A DNA stretch of 64,000 nucleotides from Eledone cirrhosa (GCA_964016885.1 OZ024742.1:310248001-310312000), one strand, 5' to 3'. Shown: positions 15,790 to 29,620, numbered from the stretch's first letter. Numbers and translations are program-made. Notes: a model not told the origin generated them from the sequence alone.

Positions 15790-16300
15790 TGGAGTCGCAC
15801 TAATGGTGAGCTCAAGTATATCGAATCAGCTTTTGCAGGTGATGAATGCATGAGGCTGAATTGAATTCAAGAATTGCTAATACAATATGTCAGCTTCAGC
15901 ACTCGATCACCTGAAGAACAAAGGTAGATGCAAAAGTCAAACTCACAATCTTCAATTCTGTGTTCGTACCTAACCTTACCTAAGATCACGAATCTCTGAT
16001 CTCGCAGATTAGTTAATCACTCTAGGTAGAGTTATTACTTCTCTGCATCAAGAGATCAGAGTTCCGGTACTACAAACGCGCGGTTAGGATGTATAAGGAA
16101 AAATTAACATTGGAAAGATTTCATGGACAAAGCCAACCAGCAGGAGACCCAGATATAGACCACGACCAGGAATGTTGGATAAAAGCCATAAACTCGTTTG
16201 GTCGTGCTTGGGGACTCAGTCAAATCATTTAGAAACGATTGATTTTGATTGGACTCTCTGGAAAGTGTGTCAGAGGAATCTGCCCACACGACCCTTTCAG
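15790..16300 (+). pseudogene. Decayed RTE-clade LINE, ORF 3' region
   Basis: Translates to AKVKLTIFNSVFVPNLT*DHESL, LLLCIKRSEFRYYKRAVRM and RPRPGMLDKSHKLVWSCLG, resembling the RTE C-terminus (KLSIY.SIFVPTLTYGHE / LLLHIERSQLRW.GH..RM). Stops and frameshifts present. Confidence 0.7.
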
Positions 16301-16464
16301 GAGTATGTGGGCGAAAAAGATTATATATATATATATATACTCTCTAAAATATACTTACATAGTTCCTACAAACATCCCTTCAATGTATTTTCTGCAATAA
16401 CATATGAAAATATAAACACAGATTTTTATATACATCCATGTACCAGAGAATTTGCATATATATA

Positions 16465-16517
<53 letters not shown>

Positions 16518-16542
16518 ATATATATATATATAAATATATGTG

Positions 16543-16600
<58 letters not shown>

Positions 16601-16665
16601 TATGTGTATATGTATATATATATATATATATATAAATATATGTGTATATGTATATATATGTATAT

Positions 16666-16714
<49 letters not shown>

Positions 16715-16775
16715 TATGTGTATATGTATATATATGTATATATATATATATATATATATACATATATACATATAC

Positions 16776-16873
<98 letters not shown>

Positions 16874-17049
16874 GAGAGTATGTGTGCGCATGTGTGTTTC
16901 TGTTTCTGTAGGATGCAGCCGTTTCTATATGTTCGTTTGTAAATACTTGTTCACAGACGTTGAAGGCGGCTGTCCAAACATTTTCTTTTAAAACATAACC
17001 TGTTGCTAAGACAACAGACATCTGCTTATAAGGATTATATATATACGTA

Positions 17050-17118
<69 letters not shown>

Positions 17119-17198
17119 AGTACAGATTCAAAGTCTAAGCAATGAATTTCTGCTTTCACCGTAAGCGGACTCCCCTCTGAAACTCAACTATTTATTAT

Positions 17199-17260
<62 letters not shown>

Positions 17261-17304
17261 AAGTTAAATAAAAGTCAAATGATTAAAATTTAGCTTCGTT
17301 TATT

Positions 17305-17359
17305 ACTGCTATATATATTTCAGTGACAGCCATCTTTGGCTGTGACCTCTTCAGGCAGT
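17305..17359 (-). ncRNA. Type I hammerhead ribozyme motif (inverted copy)
   Basis: Exact reverse complement of 18061-18115. Confidence 0.8.
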
Positions 17360-18060
17360 TTGAATTAGTATGGTATAGACAAGTACATATGTTGTTTAGG
17401 TGTATGATATTGTCAATACTCTGATATGCCCAGTTCCTTGTTGGGTTGTTAATTCACTGGGGAAAGATAGAGAGTGAGAGAGAGGAAGATAGAGAGCAAA
17501 AGAGAGGAAGATTGAGTGAGAGAGAAAGAGGAGAGTGATAGAGAGGAGAGTGAGAGAGAGAAGAGAGGAGAGTGAGAGAGGAAAGAGAGGAGAGTGAGAG
17601 AAAGGGAGAAAGATAGGCGTGGGTGAGAGAAGGAGGGGCAAGTCAAAGAGAAAACATAACAGTGAAAGAGTAGCAGGAAAAGTGAGAGACAGACGACATT
17701 AAGAGAGAGATACAAACGACAGTGAGAGAGGGGGACGCGAGAGAGACAAACTAGAGAGAGAGAGAGTAACAGACGCCAGGGGAAGAGGAGGAGGAAAAAT
17801 TAGAGAAACAGACTAGCCATAGAGAGAGACGCAAGTGGGAGAGGAGGGAAATGAGAGAAAGACAGACAAGTGAGAGAGGGGGGAAAGTCAGAGAGAGACA
17901 AACCATAGTAGTAGTAGGAGGGAAAGTCAGAGGAAGAGAAACAGACGCCATCCAGTTCCCCAGTGAATTAACAACCCAACAAGGAACTGGGCATATCAGA
18001 GTATTGACAATATCATACACCTAAACAACATATGTACTTGTCTATACCATACTAATTCAA

Positions 18061-18115
18061 ACTGCCTGAAGAGGTCACAGCCAAAGATGGCTGTCACTGA
18101 AATATATATAGCAGT
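18061..18115 (+). ncRNA. Minimal type I hammerhead ribozyme motif
   Basis: ACTGC-CTGAAGA-GGTCACAGCCA aaga TGGCTGTCACT-GAAA-TATATA-TA-GCAGT: canonical core, 5-bp stem I and palindromic stem III. Confidence 0.85.
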
Positions 18116-18254
18116 AATAAACGAAGCTAAATTTTAATCATTTGACTTTTATTTAACTTTATTTTACACTACTCCGGAGTAACCAAACCAACCTGCGCAC
18201 TTCGTCGAGTGCTCCAGCCCGCATACTGAGGTGTTGGTATAAAACCAACATAAA

Positions 18255-18294
<40 letters not shown>

Positions 18295-20046
18295 AATAGG
18301 GAGTGCATATGGCCAAGACATTATAAAAAAACAACGGTGGGACGGACAGTTCCATCTCCTCAGTCAACCTCTGGAAATCACTACGGTTTCGGTAAATTAA
18401 TGTCGATGCAATTCATTCCAATGCACATTGGAACACAACAAAACAAACAGAGACAAGTTATGTCTTTAGACAAATTACACAAATATAGAATATGCAAGGG
18501 TTTAGCCAAAGCGAAAAAATACAGAATAGAGAGAAATAGTAAAACAGAAGAGAATAAAGACTGTAGACCAACGTGCAGACAAAGAAGGACACCGAGGCGT
18601 ATAAAAGGTAAGAAGGGAGAACAGAGGAAAACAGGGCGGGCATTGTGATGTCTATTATATGATATACATATATATAAGCTGTTAAAATTTTATGATATAA
18701 AAGCATATATTACAAATACTGAAAAATAGAATAGAAGTTTCCATGAGTGTCGAAACCTTTAACTTAAGTCGGATCATCCCTTTGTCAATTAACACTTGCA
18801 GACGTTTTACTAGAAAAGCATACTCGATAAACTGGATAAACATATGCCTGTAATCACATTATGATCGTAAGTGTGTTAGATAGTTGCCGGCATGAAACTA
18901 CTGACATATATCATTCTGAGGATTATATTACTTTAACTAGATTTATATAAAACTCACTGAAAACAGCTGATGATTGAGGTATGAATTAGAAATACGGTAA
19001 TAAAAGGGTTAAGTAATCATATTGATGGCCTCATCACAGTCCTGGCGGACAGAATGGAGATGGCGTTTCACCGGAGGATTGTAAGGGAGATGGGCTGGAA
19101 AGTATGTTTGCAGCTACTGAAACTGTAGTAAAACAGGGCTGGCACAATACTGTCTACCATAGTGCAATATCACACAGAAAATTCCTCTACTGATGCAAAC
19201 ATGAGAATATGAATCATAATTAACTGTAATATAAGGCTTTATTATTTATAATTTAACCAAATATATATACATTTACAGATACGATCAGGTGTGATCATGG
19301 CAAATGGCTTGAACTTAGACTGGATTTTAACACTGAAACAATTACATCGTGGAAGAAGATTCAGTTATTCAGTTTAGCCATTTCAGAATATACACTTCTT
19401 CTTCTTCTTCTTCTTCTCCAACAATAACCATAACTACAACAACAACAACAATAACAACAACAACAAAAGCAAAAACAACAGTAAGAAATATCAAAAAGCA
19501 CATCGGCTTGATACAAAATGCGATATATTGGAACACGCAGGTTTATAATACCTCAGGCATGGATATTTTTCCTATCATATCTGTATATACTTATTTACTC
19601 TTCTACACAGATACTTATTTACGTTTCTACTCAGATATGATTTCGCTGATACGGTACTGGGTTTAAAACCTTATACAAACGGCAGCGTAATAGGATCGAA
19701 TGACAGCGAATAGATATTTTTTCTTCTTTAAACTTTTTACACACACAAACATGTGAAGTAAATCATACATACTCTTATTCTCATACATGAATCATAAGCA
19801 AATTATCTGTAAAGCAAACGAAAGCAAACAGACGCAAACCCGCACGCACCAACTACTGCATACATAAATACTTTTAGTAAATATCATTTAATATATTCGC
19901 AGTTATCGTTATCAGCGATTTATAGACGAACATATCTAAAGTATATATATATATATATATATATATATGTTTTGGGAAATAAATGCATCCATACATCCAT
20001 TACTCCATGCATGCATACATATCTACATACACACACATACATACAA

Positions 20047-20213
20047 TTAAATCAACCCAGTACATTACTGGTACTTTATTTTATCAACCCTGAATGGATA
20101 AAAAGCAAAGCTTAACCTCGGCAGGATTTGAACTCAGAATGTAAAGGGCCATAACTCAATGCTGCAAAGCATGTTGTCCCGACGCTCTACCGATTCTGCC
20201 ATTCCACCGCCCT
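20047..20213 (-). mobile_element. SINE family 1 copy
   Basis: Matches the family consensus. Confidence 0.8.
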
Positions 20214-20430
20214 CACTTTGCTAAATAATGAGAAAGTTAATTATATTATTAAACCCCTCCAAATTATAGATTATTTTTGAAATTATTTGAAAAGCATAGG
20301 CAGCGTTTTTCATTAGACATATGGTAAGGAGAGGATTAATAGATAAACAACAAAAGCGGGAGAGAAAATGGTAAATGATACCTCACAATACTAGAATATT
20401 CTTTCTAGAATATTCTAGTATCTCTTTCTC

Positions 20431-20849
<419 letters not shown>

Positions 20850-20930
20850 CTCTCTCTATATATATACGTAAAATTTGAGTATTCTCAGCGCGGAAGGTAG
20901 CCGTTACCAGCTGTATACATTTGCATAGTA

Positions 20931-20974
<44 letters not shown>

Positions 20975-21684
20975 TTGTTAAGATATAACCACATATCGAA
21001 TGGAGAGTGTGAGAGAGTGAGAGGAAGAAAGAGATGAGAAAAGAGGAGGTTAAAGGGAGAGAGAGGGGATGAGGAGGTGAGGAGAAACATGTGGACTAGA
21101 GCGATGGCGAGATGGATAGAAAGATGGAGTGAAAGATTAACAAGAATAAGGTACTTGGCGTTAAATTTTGATCGTCAGCCCCCTATAAATAATCTGCGAT
21201 ATAATACCGCAACATAAGGTATAAATCGAAGTTGTAGCCACAGTATAGCATATACTAATCGAATTGTTTGCGGCAGTTACAAAGCACTCGATGGTTTGAA
21301 AAGTTAATACATTTTCATCCAAAGTTAAGATAGTGTGACACCACGAATAAAACGACCAACGTATGTGGCCATAGTCAATACCACAACATTAAGGAACAGA
21401 CAGCTAAAAGATCAGAACTTCGGCTGAACAAACGAGAGGAAAAAGTGCTCAAAACCGAGTTAGTGGTCAGCTGAGGAATGTAAGATTCTAAAAGGTGTCA
21501 AATTTCAGAATTTCTATGGATAATGAACTCTATAGATAATGAACACAACCACAGGGATATGGTCCGAACGTGGAAAGCCGAACTCAAACTGTCATCGCCT
21601 CCATCTCTCTCGCCCTCCCCATCTCTCTGTATTATGAGCAAATGGGGTCCCACGTGCTGGCCTCCCCACAGCCCCGGCGGACAT

Positions 21685-21884
21685 NNNNNNNNNNNNNNNN
21701 NNNNNNNNNNNNNNNNNNNNNNNNNNNNNNNNNNNNNNNNNNNNNNNNNNNNNNNNNNNNNNNNNNNNNNNNNNNNNNNNNNNNNNNNNNNNNNNNNNNN
21801 NNNNNNNNNNNNNNNNNNNNNNNNNNNNNNNNNNNNNNNNNNNNNNNNNNNNNNNNNNNNNNNNNNNNNNNNNNNNNNNNNNNN
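21685..21884. other. Assembly gap (200 N)
   Basis: Run of n. Confidence 1.
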
Positions 21885-22906
21885 TAGAAAGTAGAAAAAT
21901 GCGGGTTGCCACGTAGCAACATGTCTACCGACATTCTTACTTACATTTTTTTCTTTTTGTCTTCCATTGACGGACGAACGATTAAATAGATACCAGTAAT
22001 ATGCCTATATGCTAAGTGTATAATCTCGTTTAATTAAATTAACATAAACTAACATATTTTGTGTTCTGCCATCACAAGAATATATTGTTACCATTACTAC
22101 GTCAGTTTGTGATCCACTGAAAACTATTTGTCTACCTGTGACCACAACTCAGCTGACACTTTTACCACAACTACCATCCTTGGAATCATGTATGTATCTT
22201 TAGTCAGAACTCAACCATACCAGATTCACTTACCCCCACATACTTCGTGATCTCTATATATCTCGTTTTCATGTCTGAAAATTCCCTCCTTTCCTAATTT
22301 TTATATACTAACATCAGCAATAAAACTTTAAATTGAATATTAAAAATTCTATAGCACAAAGATCGTTGGAAGATGTTGCCTATATACAAGCACTCCAACT
22401 ACTGGAAAACTGCAATAACATTTCACACAGTTTATTTACTAAAATGTTCAATTAAGAAGAATACAATGGTAAATGTTGTCAATGATATAACATGGAGGTT
22501 TAGTAATTGCTTCAACGCTAAAAATAATAGACCTACAATAGGCCAATCGGGATGGCCGACGGTTAAAGGACAATAACAGGATCAGCAGTTTGTGCGTACC
22601 TTTGTAGCGTTGTAAAAACTGATGATGATGTTCTTGTGTTACTTCGTATTGCATAGCATGGCTTTGACTTCACAAAAAGTTGAATTTTACGTGAAATAGT
22701 TAATAGAAAATAATAGCCTTTTGGTTTTATTATATAGAAACTACGTAATATGACAGCTGCGGTTTGATAACGTCTATCTTCTCCATTTGATGGCTCTTGC
22801 AATATGGTTTCGTATGGATCGTTCGCGTTTAGTTTGTTAAATTTGGAGGCTGAGTACGGTTTGGTTAGGCAGGAGTCATGAGTACAGGGTGAAGTTTGGT
22901 TTAGGC

Positions 22907-23083
22907 CAGGCATGTCAAACTGAGGGTCTCCGAGGGCTACATATGTGTTGTCTGAGGGCCATACACGACAACTAATTGCGCTCATTACAAACTAATTTTT
23001 TAATTTTATATTACGAAGATAAAACATGCTCGTGCTGTAAAGGACTGCATGCGTCCTTGCAGACCGCATGTTTGACTTGCCTG
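22907..23083. mobile_element. hAT (Charlie-like) MITE
   Basis: TIRs caggcatgtcaaac / gtttgacttgcctg. 8-bp TSD gtttaggc / gcttaggc (7 of 8 match). Confidence 0.85.
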
Positions 23084-23499
23084 GCTTAGGCTGTTTGCTG
23101 AGTGTTTGTGTGTAGATTGGAGCAATAATGCTCCTATTTACGGTTATATATCCGTGGATAACTGGAAAGCTTTTGAGCACAGGTCTGCTGGATTAGAGAT
23201 GACCTGAAGGTAAAGAAGAACACATGGACAACAAGAACTTCAAGGACAACTGCAATACTTCAAACAATATCTTTCCCTTCTAGCAATATCACGGCGGGGC
23301 TAAACTACAATAACACACAGATATGAGGTTAAACCACAACAAAAAAAAAAACAACAAAAAAACTGACGTGCATTCAGGCAAATACAAATAAGTATCTGAA
23401 AACCAAAGAAGACTCTAAAATGACAGTTGAACTGTTAGAAATACCAGCTAAAGAAAACTCAAATATAATATCTACCGACAAACAGGAACGACACATTAG

Positions 23500-23701
23500 C
23501 AGACCTGTCAACTCTTCCCGCCCGACGAGGAGATCTCCACTCAGATGTGAGAGATATCTTCTCTTGGTGGAAAATGACTATAACATTCCTCATGTAAAAT
23601 CTCCCTATTTTGCCTCATTTCTTCTCGCTATGGGGCACTTTTTTTCATGGTCCTCCCCGTTTGCCCCGTTTGGTTTTTTTTTTTAGAGGTTGGCGGGTTT
23701 G
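23500..23701. mobile_element. hAT-like MITE (same family as 7664-7864)
   Basis: cagacctgtcaactc ... gaggttggcgggtttg, flanked by the direct repeat cattag. Confidence 0.65.
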
Positions 23702-24000
23702 CATTAGAGAAGGCAGTCAAAAAACACAACCCCCCCCCCCCCAAAAAAAAAAAAACTATAGGACAGTCATGGCTGAAATGCCTTCAACAAGAACAAAAAC
23801 AAGGACAACAATGATATAGTGAAGAATATTCGAAAAACACTTAAGCTTTACTAATTAGACAGCTAACGGTGGTGATAGACGTGTTAGCAGTTCTATCTAT
23901 TAACCACATTCTTAACGTCTGTTAATTTAATTTTAGCAAACATATTTTACTTTAATCTGCCACAGCAGATTTTATATCATACTATATTTGGTAAACGTTG

Positions 24001-24103
<103 letters not shown>

Positions 24104-24109
24104 GTATAA

Positions 24110-24282
<173 letters not shown>

Positions 24283-24399
24283 TTATTAGTACAGAATAAA
24301 TATATATAACTGTATACACACACACACATATATATATATACATACATACATGCATACACACATATATATATACATATATATATATATATACACACACAC

Positions 24400-24434
<35 letters not shown>

Positions 24435-24439
24435 TAAAT

Positions 24440-24517
24440 AGGGTGTCCCAAAACAAGGTATACACACTTCAATACCATTCTAATAGAAGTGTGTATACAT
24501 TTTTTTGGACACCCGTG
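24440..24517. mobile_element. Tiny Tc1/mariner-type MITE
   Basis: agggtgtcccaaaa...ttttggacaccc inverted ends in a TA context. Second copy at about 40335-40410. Confidence 0.7.
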
Positions 24518-24834
24518 ACACCCTCTGTATATATAACTGTATATGTAACTGTATATATGCATATACATATATGTGTGTGAGTGTGTTTGTATGCGTGTGT
24601 GTATGTGTTCATGTAGGTGTGGGTGTGTAATTTATTTGCGTCAACCAGAGCCGTTTCTTTTTTCTTTTTATCTTTTTTTGTCTCCCGTTTTAATTGTCTT
24701 CTCTCCGTCCCCACCCCCATATTGTATAAACACACACAGAATGAGTGGAACACACATACATACACATTTATAAACACATATTAATATCTTTTACTTACTG
24801 GATATATATATATATATAGAGAGAGAGAGAGCAG

Positions 24835-24900
<66 letters not shown>

Positions 24901-25078
24901 CGAATTTGTATATATATAAGGGCGTTTGTATGTGTGCATTAGAGATTTGGAAATACCTATATATATACATATATACATATATACACACCCATAATCTCTT
25001 GTGTATTGTATGTGTATATATGCATATATATACATATGTTGTGCGGTGCATAAATACAGACACACACACACACATATA

Positions 25079-25190
25079 GGCGCGTGGCCGAGACGTTAGA
25101 GAATTGAATACGCAATCGTGAGGTTGTGAGTTCGATTCCCGGACCAGGCGATGCGTTATGTCCTTGAGCAAGACACTTTATTTCACGTTT
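25079..25190 (+). mobile_element. SINE family 2, 5' part
   Basis: ggcgcgtggccgag head, B-box gagttcgattccc, core gtccttgagcaagacactt. Confidence 0.8.
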
Positions 25191-25330
25191 CTCCTTCTAC
25201 CTGGCGGTGCGACCGATATATATTATTAGCAATTGGAACGACTAATGGAAACATTGTTTCCTCGGTCCGATATGACGAAAGTCGATCGACTGTCGATATA
25301 TATATATAAACTTAATATATTATATATACA

Positions 25331-25520
25331 TGGTGGATTGGCAGTATCTGTAGAGAGTCGGACGCCATGCTTTGCAGCAAAGAGTTACGGCCCTTTATGA
25401 TCTGAGTTCAAATCCCGCCGAGGTTAACTTTGCTTTTCATCCTTATGGGGTCGATAAAATAAAGTACCAGTAATACCCTGCTATAATTGCTGGCCTTGTG
25501 CCAAAAGTAGAAACAATTAT
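25331..25520 (+). mobile_element. SINE family 1 copy (plus strand)
   Basis: tggcagtatctgtag A-box-like, gagttcaaatccc B-box, Meta-type core, tail agtagaaacaattat. Confidence 0.85.
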
Positions 25521-25972
25521 ATATACACACACATGTATGTGTGTGGTGCATAGATATACATATATTTTAGGGTATAGACGTATTCAATTGCCCTGTTTAA
25601 CATTACCACATGGTTTCTGTCTGCCTTTGACAGGGACCGCTCTTTTGTAAGCATCCAGGCCAGATCTCAGTTTTGATGATAAATTACACCCTCCCACATG
25701 ACTCGGAGGGCTTGAACGGGGGTCGTGAACACTACCCTTCTCTTCTTGAGTATAGAAACACACACCAAGATACACAGACTCACACACTATCACAAACACA
25801 CAGTCATTCCATTACAATTATTAAGTACTCCCTTCCTAGTTTACTGCAATCTGCAACAATCTGAAAATTATACATTATATCAGGTCTCTAGTGTGAAATA
25901 AAGTCCACCCACCAGTCTCGGAGGCCAAGAAAAAGTTCATGGACCCTGCCCTATCTCCTGTGACTAAACAAT

Positions 25973-26048
<76 letters not shown>

Positions 26049-26918
26049 ATTGTTTTTGTTTATGCCACGAAACTACGTAGTCGAGGAATTTAGGAACAGT
26101 TTAGGTATGATACATTTTATTACTAATTATATCTAAATGTTTCTTCTCTCTTCATAATGTATTTTTAACTCTGATACTGGTTTAGTCTAGTTCAAACTGA
26201 ATTGGTCTGTCCCAGTCATTCATTGAGCAACATCGGTGAAGTTGGCACCCTTAACTCACAGTTGGGTGCGGATGCATTCATGTATATATGTGTGTGTCCG
26301 CATGTATCTGTGTGTTTCTAAATATATTAATAACTCCCTCTGGTCGAGCAATCTTTGAAGTGTGGGGACAACTGGAAAGCTTCCATTACTCATACTTCTC
26401 GCCTTCTTCACTACCTCTTCTGCGGCCTCGATATGAATACCCCCTCCGCCTCCGTGGTATTTTCTTCGTGGTTATAGGAGGCTTAGCTCTGTTTCTCGAC
26501 CGTTATATCGCGTGACTATCTCCCCCTCCGCCTTTTGGGATTCTTTCTCACGTCGTGTAGACGCGTTCTTGAGACTAGTAAAATGAGGTATCCTCTTGAT
26601 AAGTCGGCAGACCTCGCAAGGACTCTATATCTTTGATATATTGTTTTTGTTTATGCCACGAAACTACGTAGTCGAGGAATTTAGGAACAGTTTAGGTATG
26701 ATACATTTTATTACTAATTATATCTAAATGTTTCTTCTCTCTTCATAATGTATTTTTAACTCTGATACTGGTTCAGTCTAGTTCAAACTGAATTGGTCTG
26801 TCCCAGTCATTCATTGAGCAACATCGGTGAAGTTGGCACCCTTAACTCACAGTTGGGTGCGGATGCATTCATGTATATATGTGTGTGTCCGCATGTATCT
26901 GTGTGTTTCTAAATATAT
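26049..26918 (+). mobile_element. Partial-tandem HHR element, family B copy 1 (591-bp unit)
   Basis: Direct repeats 26049-26327 and 26640-26918, with (TA)n on both sides. Confidence 0.85.
26591..26678 (+). ncRNA. Type I hammerhead ribozyme motif, U3-A8 core variant
   Basis: TCCTC-TTGATAA-GTCGGCA[loop]TGCCAC-GAAA-CTACGTAG-TC-GAGGA. Confidence 0.8.
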
Positions 26919-26983
26919 ATATATATATATATATATATCCGCACAAGCACTTTTTCACACATGGGCGCACACGTCACTCGCCC

Positions 26984-27054
<71 letters not shown>

Positions 27055-27126
27055 GGGGGGGGGGGGGGTGCGTGGAGGCGTATGTTTGTGCATGTGTATA
27101 AAATCCAGTCGTTGCATATTAGATAC

Positions 27127-27182
27127 CTCGTGACCGACTGCTCGTGACCGACTGCTCGTGACCGACTGCTCGTGACCGACTG
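27127..27182. repeat. 14-bp tandem repeat x4
   Basis: (ctcgtgaccgactg)4 with no spacers. Confidence 0.9.
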
Positions 27183-27525
27183 CTATATATTTTAACACGT
27201 CGACAATAAATGGCTCTTTCTCCTACGACTGAAACATTTACATTGGCTGGGAGGTTTCTGTAAGACATCCACATAATATCTTTCTATAATCTTTCTATAA
27301 TTATATAAGAAATTTATTCTTTACGTTAATATGTGTGTGTGCATGCATATATACATATACAGATATATGCATATACACATATATACATACACATGTGTAT
27401 CAGTGTTTATATTTACGTTGACACCGCTTAGCAACTGGTACAGTCTTGTTCACCCTTGTCGTAGTTAAGAATTGACAGTCAAAATATTGACATTTTCGCC
27501 AGCTAGGTAGATAGGCACAAAGGGA

Positions 27526-27710
27526 ATAATTGTTTCTATTTTTGGCACAAGGCCAGCAATTACTCAGCGCATTACTGGTACTTTATTTTATCGACACCGA
27601 AAGGATGAAAGGCAACGTTAACCTCGGCGGGATTTGAACTCAGAATGGTAAGGGCCGTAACTCTATGCATCAAAGCATGGCGTCCGACCCTCTACCGATA
27701 CTGCCAATCC
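27526..27710 (-). mobile_element. SINE family 1 copy
   Basis: Matches the consensus. Confidence 0.85.
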
Positions 27711-28377
27711 AAGGGAAATAATGTGTCTTGCGAAGCACCACCTTCCCTAAGAATTGAACTCATGACCTTACGATCGCGAGCTGTACATCCTACCCATCAA
27801 GTCAAGCGCCTTCAAACTCACCCAAACGCGTGCTCACACACGTACATATATATGATCGCATGATCTTGTAATTCCTGAAGCAGCTGTAAGGGTGCCACAT
27901 ACGACATACGACGTTTCTAGAGCATGTTTAAACCTGGCATCCCTCTACAGCAGCAGATTTCTTCCTGAGAAGGATATAAGTGAGAATGAGACGTAGGGGG
28001 AAGAATCGATCCCAGCACTAGATTGGTACTTTTTTTAATTCACCTCGAAAGGCCTATAAAAGGCAAAGTTGACCTCGGTGGGATTTCAACTCACATTTGA
28101 ACTCGTAACGAATGCCACAACGTAATCTATCCGACGTCCAAACGACTCTGTCAATTCGCCGGCTTAGTCATATATATATAGTCTTCGTTGGTGAGACAAC
28201 GAATCATGGGAGAATTCAATGCATGAGGAGATGCAGAGTAGGTTTAGAGAGAGGCATGAAACCGACCGCTTGGCGTCGCGGTCTGGTTCATCTCTCTCAC
28301 TCTCTATCTTATATATATATATATATATATATATATCTATATATATCTATATATAAATATATATATGTATATATATA

Positions 28378-28501
<124 letters not shown>

Positions 28502-28707
28502 CACGTGGCCTGAATTCCTTTTAGAGTTCATTGTCATGCGCATGTATTGTTTTTTTTGGCGGTAATTTACTTCCTCATTTTTGAATCAGTTTGAGCATTT
28601 CTTTAGAACTGCTGGACTGGCAACCTAACAGATACCTTAGGCACTGATGATGATTATCGCTAAATACTGATGTTGGTTAGATTATCAATATTAGTATTAT
28701 TGGGACA

Positions 28708-28834
28708 CCCACTGATGAATTATAGGAGCCCACTTGAATATATACCTATAGATGGTATACAAGCTCCTACATAAATTGGTATAATTTCACCCAAATTGTA
28801 GGAATCCTATAATGAAACGAGACGTCCGTCTGGG
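28708..28834 (+). ncRNA. Type I hammerhead ribozyme motif with branched stem II
   Basis: CCCA-CTGATGA-ATTATAGGA[two hairpins]TCCTATAAT-GAAA-CGaGACGTCCG-TC-TGGG. Confidence 0.8.
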
Positions 28835-29005
28835 AAAAGATATATTCGATATGTCTCATATGAAATAATACAGCCAATTTTCCACGCAATACTTTTAGTT
28901 AGCACCCCGAACGCATAATTAGGAATATAATCACTTATTTCCTAATGTTTGTTGAGTGAGTTGGAATTTGGCCGGAGTATCGCTAACAAGCTTTCTCCGA
29001 TATTG

Positions 29006-29057
<52 letters not shown>

Positions 29058-29064
<7 letters not shown>

Positions 29065-29620
29065 AAGTTAAATAAAAGTCAAATAATTAAAATTTAGCTT
29101 CGTTTATTACTGCTATATATATTTCAGTGACAGCCATCTTTAGCTGTGACCTCTTCAGGCAGTTTGAATTAGTATGGTATAGACAAGTACATATGTTGTT
29201 GAGGTGTATAATATTGTCAATACTCTGATATGCCCAGTTCCTTGTTGGGTTGTTATTTCACTGAGGAACTGGAATCATATGATTCCAGTTCCTCAGTGAA
29301 ATCATATGATTCCAGTTCCTCAGTGAAATAACAATCCAACAAGGAACTGGGCATATCAGAGTATTGACAATATTATACACCTCAACAACATATGTACTTG
29401 TATATACCATACTAATTCAAACTGCCCGAAGAGGTCACAGCCAAAAATGGCTGTCACTGAAATATATATAGCAGTAATAAACGAAGCTAAATTTTAATCA
29501 TTTGACTTTTAATTAACTTTATTTTACACTACTCCGGAGTAACCAAACCAACCTGCGCACTTCGTCGAGTGCTCCAGCCTGCATACTGAGGTGTTGGTAT
29601 ACAACCAACATAAACTCAAA
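29058..29620 (+). mobile_element. Family A copy 2 (fold-back, no spacer)
   Basis: Near-identical to 17254-18257, with the same left boundary and the same tail. Palindromic centre with a 27-bp duplication. Confidence 0.85.

Larger units (their letters stand above)
17254..18257 (+). mobile_element. Penelope-like inverted pseudo-LTR element, family A copy 1
   Basis: 211-bp inverted arms 17254-17464 and 17956-18166, a GA-rich spacer and a ~90-bp unique tail, with (TA)n on both flanks. Confidence 0.85.

Noticed and set aside
17254-18166. Interpreting the long inverted arms as MITE TIRs
   Set aside because: The one-sided tail, the variable inversion centre and the embedded HHR fit retroelement pseudo-LTRs better.
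18960-19005. CTGATGA...GAAA as an HHR
   Set aside because: No stem I or stem II pairing.
21523-21934. ORFs with poly-X
   Set aside because: They span the N gap.
25079-25150. tRNA gene
   Set aside because: It is a SINE head continuing into a SINE core, with no full cloverleaf.
27127-27182. Short repeat array as CRISPR
   Set aside because: No spacers, 14-bp unit, eukaryotic context.
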